A stretch of 64,000 nucleotides of DNA from Bacteroidota bacterium (GCA_039111535.1 JBCCIM010000001.1:25959-89958), one strand, 5' to 3'. Shown: positions 1 to 10,289, counted from the first letter of the stretch. Numbers and translations: made by a program. Notes: generated by a model not told the origin, from the letters alone.

Positions 1-1524
1 TCAGATGCCGGCATTGTGATGATTGTCGCTGCAGGAAACCAGGCCATCAACGCATCCAAAGTAACACCGGCTCATGCCCGTGATGCCATTACTGTAGGGT
101 CGTATGATGTCAACGGTGTTTTTTCGACCTTCTCCAACTTTGGTCCGGCCATCGATATTCTTGCACCGGGTGAAGCAGTGATTTCGCTGGAAGCAAGTCA
201 GTCTGGCAATGGCCGACCCATGTCGATGACCGGTACCTCGATGGCAGCGCCACACGTAGCCGGCGCCGCAGCCCTTTACCTTGCCCATAATCCGTACGCA
301 ACACCAGGACAGGTTTTGGAAGCCCTGCTTGAAGATGCAAAAGACTACGTGGTCGGTACGCCGAACTCCACAACCAACAAATCGGTTTGGGTAGGCAATG
401 CATCTACAGAAATGTTCTCGGTTGCAATTAACAACGCCGCAGACGATGCTGAGCAGGGGACCACAAATGGCGTGTTCTATAACCAGAGCCCGGATCTGGA
501 GTTGGCAGACGACCCGCAAAACACCAGTGCCGGGCAAATGGTAGGATTGCGGTACAACGGGATCAACATCCCGCAAGGCGCAACCATTACCAATGCCTAC
601 ATCCAGTTCACGGCTGACCGCGAATCGGAAAGTAACACGTCACTGGTTATCAAGGGTGAAGCTTCAGCAAATGCCGGGTACTTTGCCTATACAGACTACT
701 CGCTAACAAACCGTCCGCTCACCAATGCGTCTGCAACCTGGACGCCAGGCGAATGGGATGATGAAGGCGACAGTGGGATTGCCCAGCGTACAAGTGACAT
801 CGCAGAAGTTGTGCAGGAAATTGTCAGCCAGCAGGGTTGGCAGGCCGGCAATAGCCTCGCCATTATGCTTACGGGTTCAGGTAGCCATGCAGCCGTATCG
901 TATGATGCCAACCCTTCTGCAGCGCCAGTCTTGCACATTGAGTGGTTGAACACAGGCTTCACGCCGGCACCTTCAACAGGTGGAAGTGGTGGCAATAGTG
1001 CTACCGCTGCGATCAGCAGTCCGTCTGACGATGCAGAAGAAAGCCCTTCACGCGGCAGCATGTATCTGGGTTATGACGAGATTTATCTCGGAAATGGTAG
1101 CAGTGCATGGCACACCGGCCTCCGGTTCACCGATCTGAATATTCCGCAGGGTGCAACCATCACGGGTGCTTATATCCAGATGACGACGTATGCAGTCTCA
1201 AGCACGCACACCAACCTGACGATCTCAGGTATGGATGCGGATAATGCTGCGACCTTCTCGAATTCAAAACGGAATATTACTTCGAGAGCCGTCACGAATG
1301 CTTCGGCAAACTGGGTCCCAGCTGCCTGGAATACAGAAGGTGAAGCCGGGCCGGCGCAGCAAACACCTGACCTGTCTGCAATTGTCCAGGAGATTGTTAA
1401 TCGGCCAGGCTGGAACAGCAACAACGCGCTTGCTTTCAGGCTCTCAGGCACCGGATGGCGAAACTTTGCAGCCTACGAAAACGGGGCACAATCAGCTGCC
1501 GTACTGCACGTAACCTGGCAATAA
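1..1524 (+). CDS. Subtilisin-like serine peptidase (S8), 5'-truncated by the window edge, with two tandem C-terminal repeat domains
   Basis: The reading frame is open to position 1. It contains the AAGN and GTSMAAPHVAGAAALY subtilase Asn/Ser motifs. Two ~165-aa internal repeats follow (about nt 430-946 and 1020-1521), sharing DDAE..GLR[YF]..[IL]NIPQGATIT.AYIQ ... VQEIV..GW ... AAVLH[IV].W. Confidence 0.9.
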   Translation, partial: SDAGIVMIVAAGNQAINASKVTPAHARDAITVGSYDVNGVFSTFSNFGPAIDILAPGEAVISLEASQSGNGRPMSMTGTSMAAPHVAGAAALYLAHNPYATPGQVLEALLEDAKDYVVGTPNSTTNKSVWVGNASTEMFSVAINNAADDAEQGTTNGVFYNQSPDLELADDPQNTSAGQMVGLRYNGINIPQGATITNAYIQFTADRESESNTSLVIKGEASANAGYFAYTDYSLTNRPLTNASATWTPGEWDDEGDSGIAQRTSDIAEVVQEIVSQQGWQAGNSLAIMLTGSGSHAAVSYDANPSAAPVLHIEWLNTGFTPAPSTGGSGGNSATAAISSPSDDAEESPSRGSMYLGYDEIYLGNGSSAWHTGLRFTDLNIPQGATITGAYIQMTTYAVSSTHTNLTISGMDADNAATFSNSKRNITSRAVTNASANWVPAAWNTEGEAGPAQQTPDLSAIVQEIVNRPGWNSNNALAFRLSGTGWRNFAAYENGAQSAAVLHVTWQ

Positions 1525-1574
1525 ACAACACACCTTTTAACCCGATATAGACCAAGACAACCGAGTAAGCAATA

Positions 1575-1632
1575 AAGGTTGCCTGTTGCAAACACCGTAG
1601 GATCGAGGCGGTAGTTTGCAGCGGGCAACCTT
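1575..1632. terminator. Putative bidirectional hairpin between convergent genes
   Basis: AAGGTTGCC (1575-1583) pairs with GGCAACCTT (1624-1632), with inner GCAAAC/GTTTGC pairing. It lies between the stops at 1524 (+) and 1651 (-). Confidence 0.4.
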
Positions 1633-1650
1633 CTTGTTTATCCAAGCTGT

Positions 1651-2922
1651 CTATACGAGAGCACCAAGGGCATAACTCGGCGCGGCTACAGATTCAGCTA
1701 CAGGAATTTTAAACCAGAATGCAGCGCCTTCTCCCAATACACTTTCCACACCCACCTGGCCACCATGCTGCTCGATGAATTGCTTTACAATGTAGAGGCC
1801 ATATCCGGAAGAGTGCTCGCCGGCGGTTGGTTGGGCCGATAACCGTTGCTGCTTGCCAAACACAAGTTGCAAATCTTCGTCTGTTAATCCGGGACCTTCA
1901 TCGCGTACGCTTACCCATACATCCTTCTCCTGCGTCAACATTTCAACCCAGATACGACCGTGCATTGCACTGTATTTAATTGCATTTGAAAGCAGATTGT
2001 CCAGCACACGCTGCATCGCAGTCACATCTACCCGAACGGCTACTTTTTCTTGCTGACCACTAAAGAAGATTTTCAGGCCTTTGTTTTTTGCATGTACACG
2101 ATTCCATTTCAGCGTGGTAACGATGATGTCATTGAGAAACACTTCCTCTTTCTGAAGCGGCCCTTTTGCACCATGCCCGTGCCTGTCCAGCATCCCTTCA
2201 ACATTAAGCAACATCTGCTTGGCAGCCTGGTGTACAAGGCCGACATTTTCCTGCACATCCGGCATACGTTCGTGGTTCGGCATATACGCGAGGTCTTCCT
2301 GGATTATTTCGGATATGCCCAGCACGCCGCCAAGCGGGTTTTTGAGATCGTGTACGGTAACCCCTAAAATTTCCCGATTTTGCTCCAGGGCAAAATTCAA
2401 TTCTGCCGTGCGCATTTCAAGCGAACGGTTGGTATGCGACAACTGGCTATTCGCCCAGTTGAGGCGATCATTAGCGCGCTCCAACAAGTCGTTTGTGTCA
2501 AGCAGGGCACCATTGGTAGCCGCGAGCGCATTGATTACATCGCTGTGCGCCTGGTTGATTCGGTTAACTTCATCCGTACGAAGAGAAACGACGTGCTCCA
2601 GTTCGTCTGCGCGCTTGTGGAGGTGTCGCATCTGGTATAGATGTATGCCGTATGCACCACCAAAAATGAGCGCAATGACAAGCGATACAAAAAGAAGGGT
2701 GCCCCACACAGAGCGCGACCAGGCCGGCTGCTCGGGTGGGTTCATGGAACGTTCGACCATTGCTACCTCATGCACGGTGGCATCCTGCTGCACAAGGTGG
2801 TCAGTTGTCCGGTTATCAACCGGAAAAGAAAAGATCAGGGCGAAAATAAGGGATACCCAAAACATGCTTCTGCTATTCAAATGCTGAGTCCAGATTTGAT
2901 TTGCAGTATCGGTTACATTCAA
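1651..2922 (-). CDS. Membrane sensor histidine kinase (HisKA + HATPase_c)
   Basis: Two N-terminal TM segments and a coiled-coil linker. H-box VHDLKNPLGG, G1 DEGPGL, G2 GYGLYIVKQFIEQHGG. Confidence 0.9.
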   Translation of the reverse strand: MNVTDTANQIWTQHLNSRSMFWVSLIFALIFSFPVDNRTTDHLVQQDATVHEVAMVERSMNPPEQPAWSRSVWGTLLFVSLVIALIFGGAYGIHLYQMRHLHKRADELEHVVSLRTDEVNRINQAHSDVINALAATNGALLDTNDLLERANDRLNWANSQLSHTNRSLEMRTAELNFALEQNREILGVTVHDLKNPLGGVLGISEIIQEDLAYMPNHERMPDVQENVGLVHQAAKQMLLNVEGMLDRHGHGAKGPLQKEEVFLNDIIVTTLKWNRVHAKNKGLKIFFSGQQEKVAVRVDVTAMQRVLDNLLSNAIKYSAMHGRIWVEMLTQEKDVWVSVRDEGPGLTDEDLQLVFGKQQRLSAQPTAGEHSSGYGLYIVKQFIEQHGGQVGVESVLGEGAAFWFKIPVAESVAAPSYALGALV

Positions 2923-3007
2923 GCAACCTCAAGGCACCCAGTATAGCGCGGCACTAATCAACTACACAACGAAACAGTTGACTTCAGTACTATAACCCCG
3001 TAGCGCG

Positions 3008-3574
3008 CTATTCTTCTTTCAGAATCGCTGATAGGCGATAGCGCAAGACAATGGCTTGCTCGTCCCGGCCATATACCCGCCGTAAATTGCGCATTGCAAC
3101 AGTCGCGTCCATATCATCAAAGAAAGCAACAGCATCAGCGTCCTGCATTTTGTATGCGGCAAGCCACGTTTCATGGGATAAGATGGCCTGTTCGAGTTGC
3201 TCGTACCGGGGTGTTTCACGTGAAAGTTGTGCAGCATCTTCTTCGGTCCAGCCAAAAGATACCATGCCTTCGCGCCCACGACGCAACCGCAACCTGTCGG
3301 GATCGGAGTTGAGGAGGTATTCAAATTGCAGTTGCCGGCGCCGCCATGTGTCGAGTACAAGTGCGGTATCACGGGCAACTATGGCCTGATAAGCCGGCGC
3401 TTCAGCAAGAATCAGATCAGCAATCGACTTTTGATGCGCCTCCTGAACGAGCAGCAATTCTGAAAAAGCCTTACGGGCATCATCATGGGTAGGACGCAAT
3501 TCACCACACCCCATGCCTAAGCATGAAGCCATGCTGAACAGAAACACTAATCCCACGATGGAACGGTAGTACAT
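3008..3574 (-). CDS. Hypothetical lipoprotein
   Basis: 188-aa ORF with a signal peptide and lipobox-like LFSMASC. I recognise no domain. Confidence 0.6.
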   Translation of the reverse strand: MYYRSIVGLVFLFSMASCLGMGCGELRPTHDDARKAFSELLLVQEAHQKSIADLILAEAPAYQAIVARDTALVLDTWRRRQLQFEYLLNSDPDRLRLRRGREGMVSFGWTEEDAAQLSRETPRYEQLEQAILSHETWLAAYKMQDADAVAFFDDMDATVAMRNLRRVYGRDEQAIVLRYRLSAILKEE

Positions 3575-3703
3575 ATGTACAAAATGCTGATCCTGATGAT
3601 ACCGGGGCGCAGGTGGATAAGCGCCTTCTATCCTACGCTCAACTCAACAGCAAGATGCCTGCATCCAACCAGTAGCCAGAACAAATTCCCAGCGATGTAC
3701 CAA

Positions 3704-4159
3704 CTACTTCTGCCGGCTCGCTTCGTAAATGCCGATCCACTTTTCTGGTGGCATCTTTCTGATCAACTCTGCGATCAGATCATACGGAATTGTTTTTATA
3801 TTTTTGAAGCGAATACAACTCTTGCCCATGTTGAGCTTGGTCTTGCTATGCTTCGGATATTCCCCCTCAAACCAGGCAAGCAACTCGCGATCTGCATAAA
3901 TGCCCATGTGATACAGGGCAATGAAATTCTTCTGCGAAGCGATATTGACAAATGGGAGCGGATCGCTTGGTTTGCAATGATAGCCATCCGGATACATCGA
4001 ATGGGGTACCACAAACGCTGGCATACCATACAGCATGGTTTCCGCAAAGCCTTCGGGGATATTTTCCTGAATAACTTCGAGCAACCTATTAAAGGCTGGC
4101 TTGCGTTCCTCGGGTATAGCTTCCAGGTATTCTGCTACAGATGATACTTCGTATTTCAT
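3704..4159 (-). CDS. DUF1801 (YdhG-like) domain protein
   Basis: 151 aa. SVAEYLEAIPEERKPAF..L..I and the later NFIALYHMG pattern are typical of the DUF1801 family. Confidence 0.8.
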   Translation of the reverse strand: MKYEVSSVAEYLEAIPEERKPAFNRLLEVIQENIPEGFAETMLYGMPAFVVPHSMYPDGYHCKPSDPLPFVNIASQKNFIALYHMGIYADRELLAWFEGEYPKHSKTKLNMGKSCIRFKNIKTIPYDLIAELIRKMPPEKWIGIYEASRQK

Positions 4160-4195
4160 AATAGGCTCTCAATTGGACTTCGAAGCGCTGCGCGT

Positions 4196-4669
4196 TCAAG
4201 CCCTTGTGTAAACTGTTTCAACGGCCTTCGCTTCCAACCCTTCCGGGGTGATATTGTAAGCAGTGATGACCAGCTTGTTTTCATTTTCGAGGGCATAGGT
4301 AGTGCGCCATCCCCAATCAGGAAATTCTGGCCCAACGCTGTACGTGCCCGCAACAGAGAATGCATTACTTTCGCTATCAGCGGCGGGGCCAACAGAAAAC
4401 ATGATAGCATAGTTCATATGAAAACTGTCGAACCATGACACTTCAAAATTTGATGTCGCTTTGTTGCATGTGATGGTCTCTTCGCCGGCCCTGGTTTTGC
4501 CCTGCATCTCACCGGTATAGGTGTGCCGTAAAAAAGGACCGTGCGGCAACATCTGCATTTCACCTTCCACAGCTGACTCATCAGCCAGTTTATTGGGCTC
4601 AAACCAGGTACGGCATGTCCCTTTCCAGTTTCCGACCATGGCTTTCAATAATGCAATTTGCGCTTCCAT
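4196..4669 (-). CDS. DUF1579 domain protein
   Basis: 157 aa. The N-terminal L.AMVGNWKG.. motif and overall size are typical of DUF1579. Confidence 0.75.
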   Translation of the reverse strand: MEAQIALLKAMVGNWKGTCRTWFEPNKLADESAVEGEMQMLPHGPFLRHTYTGEMQGKTRAGEETITCNKATSNFEVSWFDSFHMNYAIMFSVGPAADSESNAFSVAGTYSVGPEFPDWGWRTTYALENENKLVITAYNITPEGLEAKAVETVYTRA

Positions 4670-4716
4670 TGTTTTTCAGATTAAAAACGTTAAAGGAATT
4701 TAGACAGCAAAGAAAT

Positions 4717-5253
4717 TCAGGCAACGTTAGCCGGCAGAACTTTTGCATTTCTCAGTACAGCTGCAGAAATCAGAGACACCAACAAGCCTACAGGGAAAAT
4801 CTCGCTGAAGGTAATAAACAAACGGAATAACGGATTGCTGTAACGCGTTTTCAACTGGTCCATTTCTACAACAATTTGCTCCAGTTCTGCCCCGGTTACA
4901 CCGGCAGCTTCTTTGGCCGAAATAACGCCAGCAATGTAGGTATCAATAAACGCATAATCTGTAATTGCCAGGTGCGCCTCCCAGGCCAATACGTAAATCA
5001 GGCTTGCAACAAGAGAAATGCCCAATCCCATCAGCAGGGCCGTCCCAAACTTGATCACACCCCCCAATTCCTGATCGCGGTACCGCTTGATGGCCACAAA
5101 AATGACACTCAGCGCAACCAGCATGACCAGATAACCCAACCATTCAAGCGCTGCCATCGAAGTGTCTGCGTTTGAAGTCACCAAACTCAGGATGATACTG
5201 CTGATAATAATTGATCCTGAAATGACACCATAGAGAACAATATGCTTTTTCAT
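4717..5253 (-). CDS. DUF4199 family membrane protein
   Basis: 178 aa with four predicted TM helices. The MKKHIVLYGVISG start is typical of Bacteroidota DUF4199 proteins. Confidence 0.75.
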   Translation of the reverse strand: MKKHIVLYGVISGSIIISSIILSLVTSNADTSMAALEWLGYLVMLVALSVIFVAIKRYRDQELGGVIKFGTALLMGLGISLVASLIYVLAWEAHLAITDYAFIDTYIAGVISAKEAAGVTGAELEQIVVEMDQLKTRYSNPLFRLFITFSEIFPVGLLVSLISAAVLRNAKVLPANVA

Positions 5254-5359
5254 TTTACGCCTCGGTTTAGAAAATAACTGGCGATGAAACTAGCCGGCAG
5301 TGGTACGAATAGCATCACCCATGCGGGTGATTTTGCCCCATTCACCCATTTTAATGAGT

Positions 5360-5776
5360 TCAGGGAATCATCTGCAGCTCTTTCGCTTTGTTGATTGCCT
5401 GCTGCCGGCGAGACACTTCCAGTTTCTGGTATAAGTGGGCCAGGTGGGTTTTGATGGTGTTGGGGGAGACAAACAGGCGGTCTGCTATTTCTTTATTTGA
5501 CAAGCCTTCTGCCAATAACAATAGCACGTCATATTCTCTATCGCTGATACCCAAATATTCGAGGGCGCGCTGATTTCTTTCGAACGTGTCGGCTGCCTTG
5601 CGGTTACCGGTAAGCTTTAAGCCAACCCATATGCCGAGACAGGTAAAGGTGAGCGCAATGATCAGGGCATAAATTTCAGGCGAGAAAATGCGGACCGTGT
5701 ATTTATAGTTTAGCCAATGCAGCGAGAATGCAGCCAGCCCGATCACGGCACTATAAACCAAAATTGACCGCTTCAT
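5360..5776 (-). CDS. Membrane-anchored LuxR-family HTH regulator
   Basis: C-terminal GerE/LuxR HTH (LSDREYDVLLLLAEGLSNKEIADRLFVSPNTIKTHLAHLYQKL) preceded by two TM helices. I chose the start at MKRSIL (5776). The longer ORF to 5893 would overlap the upstream WYL gene. Confidence 0.8.
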   Translation of the reverse strand: MKRSILVYSAVIGLAAFSLHWLNYKYTVRIFSPEIYALIIALTFTCLGIWVGLKLTGNRKAADTFERNQRALEYLGISDREYDVLLLLAEGLSNKEIADRLFVSPNTIKTHLAHLYQKLEVSRRQQAINKAKELQMIP

Positions 5777-5870
5777 TTTATTTCTAAACGCTGAAAGGTA
5801 GCACGCAAAATACTTGACAAAGCCTGTAAAGAGGGGGGATGCGCAAGATAAGAAATTGCCACTAACCTGC

Positions 5871-6854
5871 TCAAGCGTTGTATTGTGCGACAATTTGCTC
5901 AGCCTTTGCCCTGAGCAGGTGTTTCAGCTGGTCTGGCTCCAGCACCTGCGCTGTTGGGCCATAACGCAGTAACCAGCCGGCGAGATAGTCCATGTTTTCG
6001 AATTCGAATCGAACCGTAACCGTGTCTTCAGCCTCCTCTTCAGCCTCAATAACAGCCGGTACGCTGCTACGCGCCCATCGGTACATGTACTTGTCGAACT
6101 GAATGGCTACTGGAATATTTTTGGGACTCTCACCGCGTTCTGCGAGATGCGCAGCCAGATCAAAACCTTCCGGACGCTCAAACTTCTCGAGCAACACGCG
6201 TAAAGACTGAATATTTTCGAGTCTAAAGCTCCGTATGTCGCTGCGCAACTGATCAAACGCAATCAGATTCCAGTGATCTGTATAATAAACCAGGCCAAGC
6301 GGATTCACCGTGCGCCGGGTAAGTTCGTTTCTGCTCACCACATGGTATTCCATCAGCACACTATACTGACGCGCGACAGCCTGGCTCAATTCATACCACC
6401 GTCCTTCTTCCGCATCCGTAATGTTGGGCTCATGGCGGTGCAGCCAATACGGATCCATGACGGTGTTTTCCTGCAGGCGTTCTACATAGTCCTGGATTTC
6501 CCGCGGTAACACCTGGTGTATTTTCATACCTACCAGATCTGCGTCTTTTGCAAGGGAAGCATCGGACTGCAGCTTCATAAACTCGGTACCCAGCAACAGC
6601 GTAGCAGCTTCCCTTGCCGTTAACATCAGTGGGGGGAGTTGGTAGCCTTCCAAAATTTCATAGCCACCGCCATCTGCATAAGTCAGGGGGACGCCCGACT
6701 CACCGAGTGCGCGCAGGTCACGAAAGATGGTGCGCCGGCTCACACTAAAGTGTTCAGCTAGATCCCGGGACGTCATATTGGGGCGGGTTTGTAACAACAG
6801 AACCAGGGCGAAAAGACGTTCGGTTCGGTTCAGGATGCGGTCAGCGCGAGCCAT
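5871..6854 (-). CDS. WYL-domain transcriptional regulator (HTH + WYL, YafY-like)
   Basis: N-terminal HTH (LLLLQTRPNMTSRDLAEHFSVSRRTIFRDLRAL) and a WYL-type core (YYTDHWNLIAFDQLRSDIRSFRLENI). Confidence 0.85.
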   Translation of the reverse strand: MARADRILNRTERLFALVLLLQTRPNMTSRDLAEHFSVSRRTIFRDLRALGESGVPLTYADGGGYEILEGYQLPPLMLTAREAATLLLGTEFMKLQSDASLAKDADLVGMKIHQVLPREIQDYVERLQENTVMDPYWLHRHEPNITDAEEGRWYELSQAVARQYSVLMEYHVVSRNELTRRTVNPLGLVYYTDHWNLIAFDQLRSDIRSFRLENIQSLRVLLEKFERPEGFDLAAHLAERGESPKNIPVAIQFDKYMYRWARSSVPAVIEAEEEAEDTVTVRFEFENMDYLAGWLLRYGPTAQVLEPDQLKHLLRAKAEQIVAQYNA

Positions 6855-6890
6855 AACAAGAACTGGTAACTGGAAATGTGGTGGATGCGA

Positions 6891-7541
6891 TCACTCTAAT
6901 GTATCACATATGTGCAAAATATACTTCTCTTTATAGAATGATGCACGTTCAATTGCGGCAATTGATGATTTTTCAACATTTAAAGACGGAAAACCCGCAT
7001 GTAAAGATGCAATTTCAGCATCCAGGTCGCCACCTTTCAAGCAAATAAGCCCTTGCGACCAGTTATGTGCGGCGTTTTGGCTGTATGTGTTGAAACAGCG
7101 TGTATGCCATGACCACAGCGTCGACAGGGGGGCGGTAGCGCGTGAAACCGAGTAGTGCAGCGTACCATCCCATTTTTCTGCTCGACCATGCCAGGTGCTA
7201 AGATTGGGCAATCCTATCGTACGCGCCATCGCGCGAATGGCCTGTAATTTTTTCTCTACCGCATCAACGCCAATGAACTGGACGTCGGGAAATACAATGG
7301 CAAGGGGAATAAGCGGCAAGCCGCCGCCGGTACCCCAATCAACCACCGTGCACCCTGCAGGAAAACCGCGGCGTGCAATCAGCAAGCAGTGTGCGATGTG
7401 CCGTTCCTGGATGAAGGGGATGGTTGTGGGAGAAATGAGATTGAGCTTGGTAGTGTACCGCGCGAGAAGCGCAGCATATTGATCAAGTTGTTCTTGTTGC
7501 GCGGGGGATAATACCGGCGCCTTGTCGTTGATGGACTGCAA
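6891..7541 (-). CDS. rsmG: 16S rRNA (guanine527-N7)-methyltransferase RsmG (GidB)
   Basis: 216 aa with SAM-binding VVDWGTGGGLPLIPLAI. Lies immediately downstream of mnmG. Confidence 0.93.
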   Translation of the reverse strand: MQSINDKAPVLSPAQQEQLDQYAALLARYTTKLNLISPTTIPFIQERHIAHCLLIARRGFPAGCTVVDWGTGGGLPLIPLAIVFPDVQFIGVDAVEKKLQAIRAMARTIGLPNLSTWHGRAEKWDGTLHYSVSRATAPLSTLWSWHTRCFNTYSQNAAHNWSQGLICLKGGDLDAEIASLHAGFPSLNVEKSSIAAIERASFYKEKYILHICDTLE

Positions 7542-7622
7542 GGAATTTCTAAAATGGTACGTGTAGCGGGCAAACCAGCTTTAACAAACCCTGCCAGCAG
7601 ACCCTGCAACGGCCTGCGTTTA

Positions 7623-9536
7623 TCAGGTTGCCTTGGCCGGCTTCTTGTATTTCTTCAACATAACCATCAATACGGATATATCCGCTGGGCTCACGCCACT
7701 AATCCGAGACGCCTGGCCGAGGTTATCTGGCTGAATTTTCCCTAATTTCTCTCGGGCTTCCATGGTTATGTTTTGCACCTGATGGAAATCAAAGTCACGC
7801 GGGATGGTCCATGCTTCCAGTTCGATCATTTTGTCGACCAGTTCGCTTTCGCGTTGCAGGTAGCCGGCATACTTCAGGTCTATTTCAACCAGCGTTGCGA
7901 TTTTCTCCAGTCCGGTATCATCAGCAGACACTTCCTGCTGCAACCCAGTGTGAGAAAGCAGGTCCGGCAAGGACACCTGGGGACGCACCGCAAGCTTGGC
8001 AATACGCTCTGGCTGCTTGATAGGGGAGGTCCCTATTTGCTCCAGGTAATCGTTAACCACGTCGGGCTTTACGTTTCTATCGCGAACCACTTTTTCCATC
8101 GCCTCCATCGCCGCTTTTTTAGCAAGCATGCGATCGTATCGTTCTTTGGTTGCCAGGCCTAGCGTATACCCCATTTCAGTGAGGCGCAGATCGGCATTGT
8201 CTTGCCGCAGTAGCAGCCTGTGCTCAGCGCGCGATGTAAACATGCGATAGGGCTCATCCGTCCCTTTTGCCACAAGGTCATCGATGAGCACCCCGATATA
8301 GGCTTCGGAACGCTTAAAGATTACCGGTGATTTGTCGCGCAGTTTCTGTACGGCATTAATGCCAGCAACCAATCCCTGGACTGCGGCTTCTTCATATCCG
8401 GTTGTGCCGTTTATCTGTCCGGCAAAGAATAAACCTTCGACAAGTTTGGTCTCGAGGCTGTATCGCACCTGGTAAGGCGGGAAGTAGTCGTATTCAATGG
8501 CATAGCCCGGGCGAAGCATGTGCACATTTTCAAGCCCCGGAATTTCGCGCAGGGCACGATACTGCACTTCCTCAGAAAGGCTCGTCGAAAATCCGTTTAC
8601 GTACCACTCATACGTCTCCCAGCCTTCAGGCTCAAGAAAAACCTGGTGGCTTTCCTTCTGCGCAAAACGGTCAATTTTATCTTCGATTGACGGACAGTAA
8701 CGCGGCCCACGGCCCTGGATACGCCCCTGAAACATGGGGCTATCCGCAAATCCTTCCCGCAAGATGTCATGCACAGCCGGCGTCGTTTCTGTCAGCCAGC
8801 AGCTCAATTGACTGTCCGGCAGCTTGTCAGTCATAAACGAAAACGGACTTGCCTCGGGGTCACCGGGTTGCTCTTTCAGCTTTGCAAAATCCACAGAGCG
8901 GCCATCGATACGGGGTGGGGTACCGGTTTTGAGTCGGCCGCTTTCAAAGCCGAGCTTTTGCAAACAGGCCGTCAATCCAACCGATGCACGCTCGCCGGCA
9001 CGGCCGCCACCATACTGCTTTTTACCAATATGAATGGTGCCATTCATAAAGGTGCCGCTGGTAAGAATTACACAACGCGTTTTGAAGTACTGCTCAGATT
9101 GCGTGTGCACCCCAACAATTTGCCCATCTTCAACTTCAACCGCTGTTGCCATGTCCATCCGCATAAACAAATTCGGTATGGACTCCAGGTCGCGCCGGAC
9201 AGCTTCCGCATACATCATGCGGTCATTCTGGGCACGCGGACTCCAAACAGCCGGTCCTTTTCGCTGGTTTAGCATACGAAACTGGATACCCGTAGCATCC
9301 GTAACGCGGCCCATGAGTCCGCCCAACGCGTCAATCTCGCGGACCAGTTGGCCTTTTCCGATCCCACCGATGGCCGGGTTGCACGACATCTGACCAATTG
9401 CCTGCAGGTTCATGGTAATCAGCAGGGTACGCGCACCCATCCGGGCTGCTGTGGCAGAAGCCTCAGCGCCAGCGTGCCCACCGCCAACAACAATGACATC
9501 GTATTCGAAATAATCAGCCATACTTCCTATAAACAA
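7623..9536 (-). CDS. mnmG: tRNA uridine 5-carboxymethylaminomethyl modification enzyme MnmG (GidA)
   Basis: 637 aa. FAD motif VVGGGHAGAEA, with GidA family sequence conserved throughout. Confidence 0.97.
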   Translation of the reverse strand: MFIGSMADYFEYDVIVVGGGHAGAEASATAARMGARTLLITMNLQAIGQMSCNPAIGGIGKGQLVREIDALGGLMGRVTDATGIQFRMLNQRKGPAVWSPRAQNDRMMYAEAVRRDLESIPNLFMRMDMATAVEVEDGQIVGVHTQSEQYFKTRCVILTSGTFMNGTIHIGKKQYGGGRAGERASVGLTACLQKLGFESGRLKTGTPPRIDGRSVDFAKLKEQPGDPEASPFSFMTDKLPDSQLSCWLTETTPAVHDILREGFADSPMFQGRIQGRGPRYCPSIEDKIDRFAQKESHQVFLEPEGWETYEWYVNGFSTSLSEEVQYRALREIPGLENVHMLRPGYAIEYDYFPPYQVRYSLETKLVEGLFFAGQINGTTGYEEAAVQGLVAGINAVQKLRDKSPVIFKRSEAYIGVLIDDLVAKGTDEPYRMFTSRAEHRLLLRQDNADLRLTEMGYTLGLATKERYDRMLAKKAAMEAMEKVVRDRNVKPDVVNDYLEQIGTSPIKQPERIAKLAVRPQVSLPDLLSHTGLQQEVSADDTGLEKIATLVEIDLKYAGYLQRESELVDKMIELEAWTIPRDFDFHQVQNITMEAREKLGKIQPDNLGQASRISGVSPADISVLMVMLKKYKKPAKAT

Positions 9537-9591
9537 ATAAGTGCTAGCCCGAAAACTATCAGCCTAGCACTTAAAGCGGAGTTTTGTTTCC

Positions 9592-10044
9592 TTAATCGGT
9601 AATAATAAGGGTCAAACCGTACCTAACGTCGTCAATGGACAGGTCTGCGTTATAGTGCGGGATATAATAAAGCGTGTCATTTTGCGAGTCGAGGTCTTCG
9701 ATACCGAAGGTTCGCAAACCGACTACGCTTTGATCACGTTCCAAATCCATGAATACAGCCTGACGCTCAGGTGAACGGTTGGAGCTGCTTTCAATACCAA
9801 TCTCAAACTGGCGTACGATAGACTTGCCTTTTTTAAGCGCTACTTCGTATTCCCCAAGGCTGCGACGAACACGCAAAGTCATAGGCGTAAATCCTTTGTC
9901 ACGTCCTTCTACAAAAACCTGAACAGATTCGCCTTCATACAAAGAGGACAGTGTTTTTCCTGTGCCATCTGTCTGGGAAGTTGCGCACCCGGCCACAGCT
10001 ACACTGGTCAATAGAATTAGCCCTGCATAGAAAATGTTCTTCAT
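9592..10044 (-). CDS. Lipoprotein with PEGA-like domain
   Basis: Start chosen at MKNIFYAGLILLTSVAVAGC (lipobox). VFVEGRDKGFTPMTLRV resembles a PEGA motif. The upstream extension to 10149 lacks signal-peptide logic. Confidence 0.65.
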   Translation of the reverse strand: MKNIFYAGLILLTSVAVAGCATSQTDGTGKTLSSLYEGESVQVFVEGRDKGFTPMTLRVRRSLGEYEVALKKGKSIVRQFEIGIESSSNRSPERQAVFMDLERDQSVVGLRTFGIEDLDSQNDTLYYIPHYNADLSIDDVRYGLTLIITD

Positions 10045-10289
10045 GTTATCTCGCCGACAATTTTTGATGGTGGTACGGAAGGGAAAACACTGTACCAATT
10101 GCAGGTATACACCGGCTGCATACGTGACAATTCTACAAGCGTAAACCACATGTAAATGTTACGCCCTCGTTATTTGTTATCAATTCCAGACGTATCTGTT
10201 CCTCTGCGACCGGCAGCGAAGCTTTACCAGATTAATATAATGCCGAAACTGTTACTGATAAAAAGCCTTTATTTTTCCACTACCTGCGC

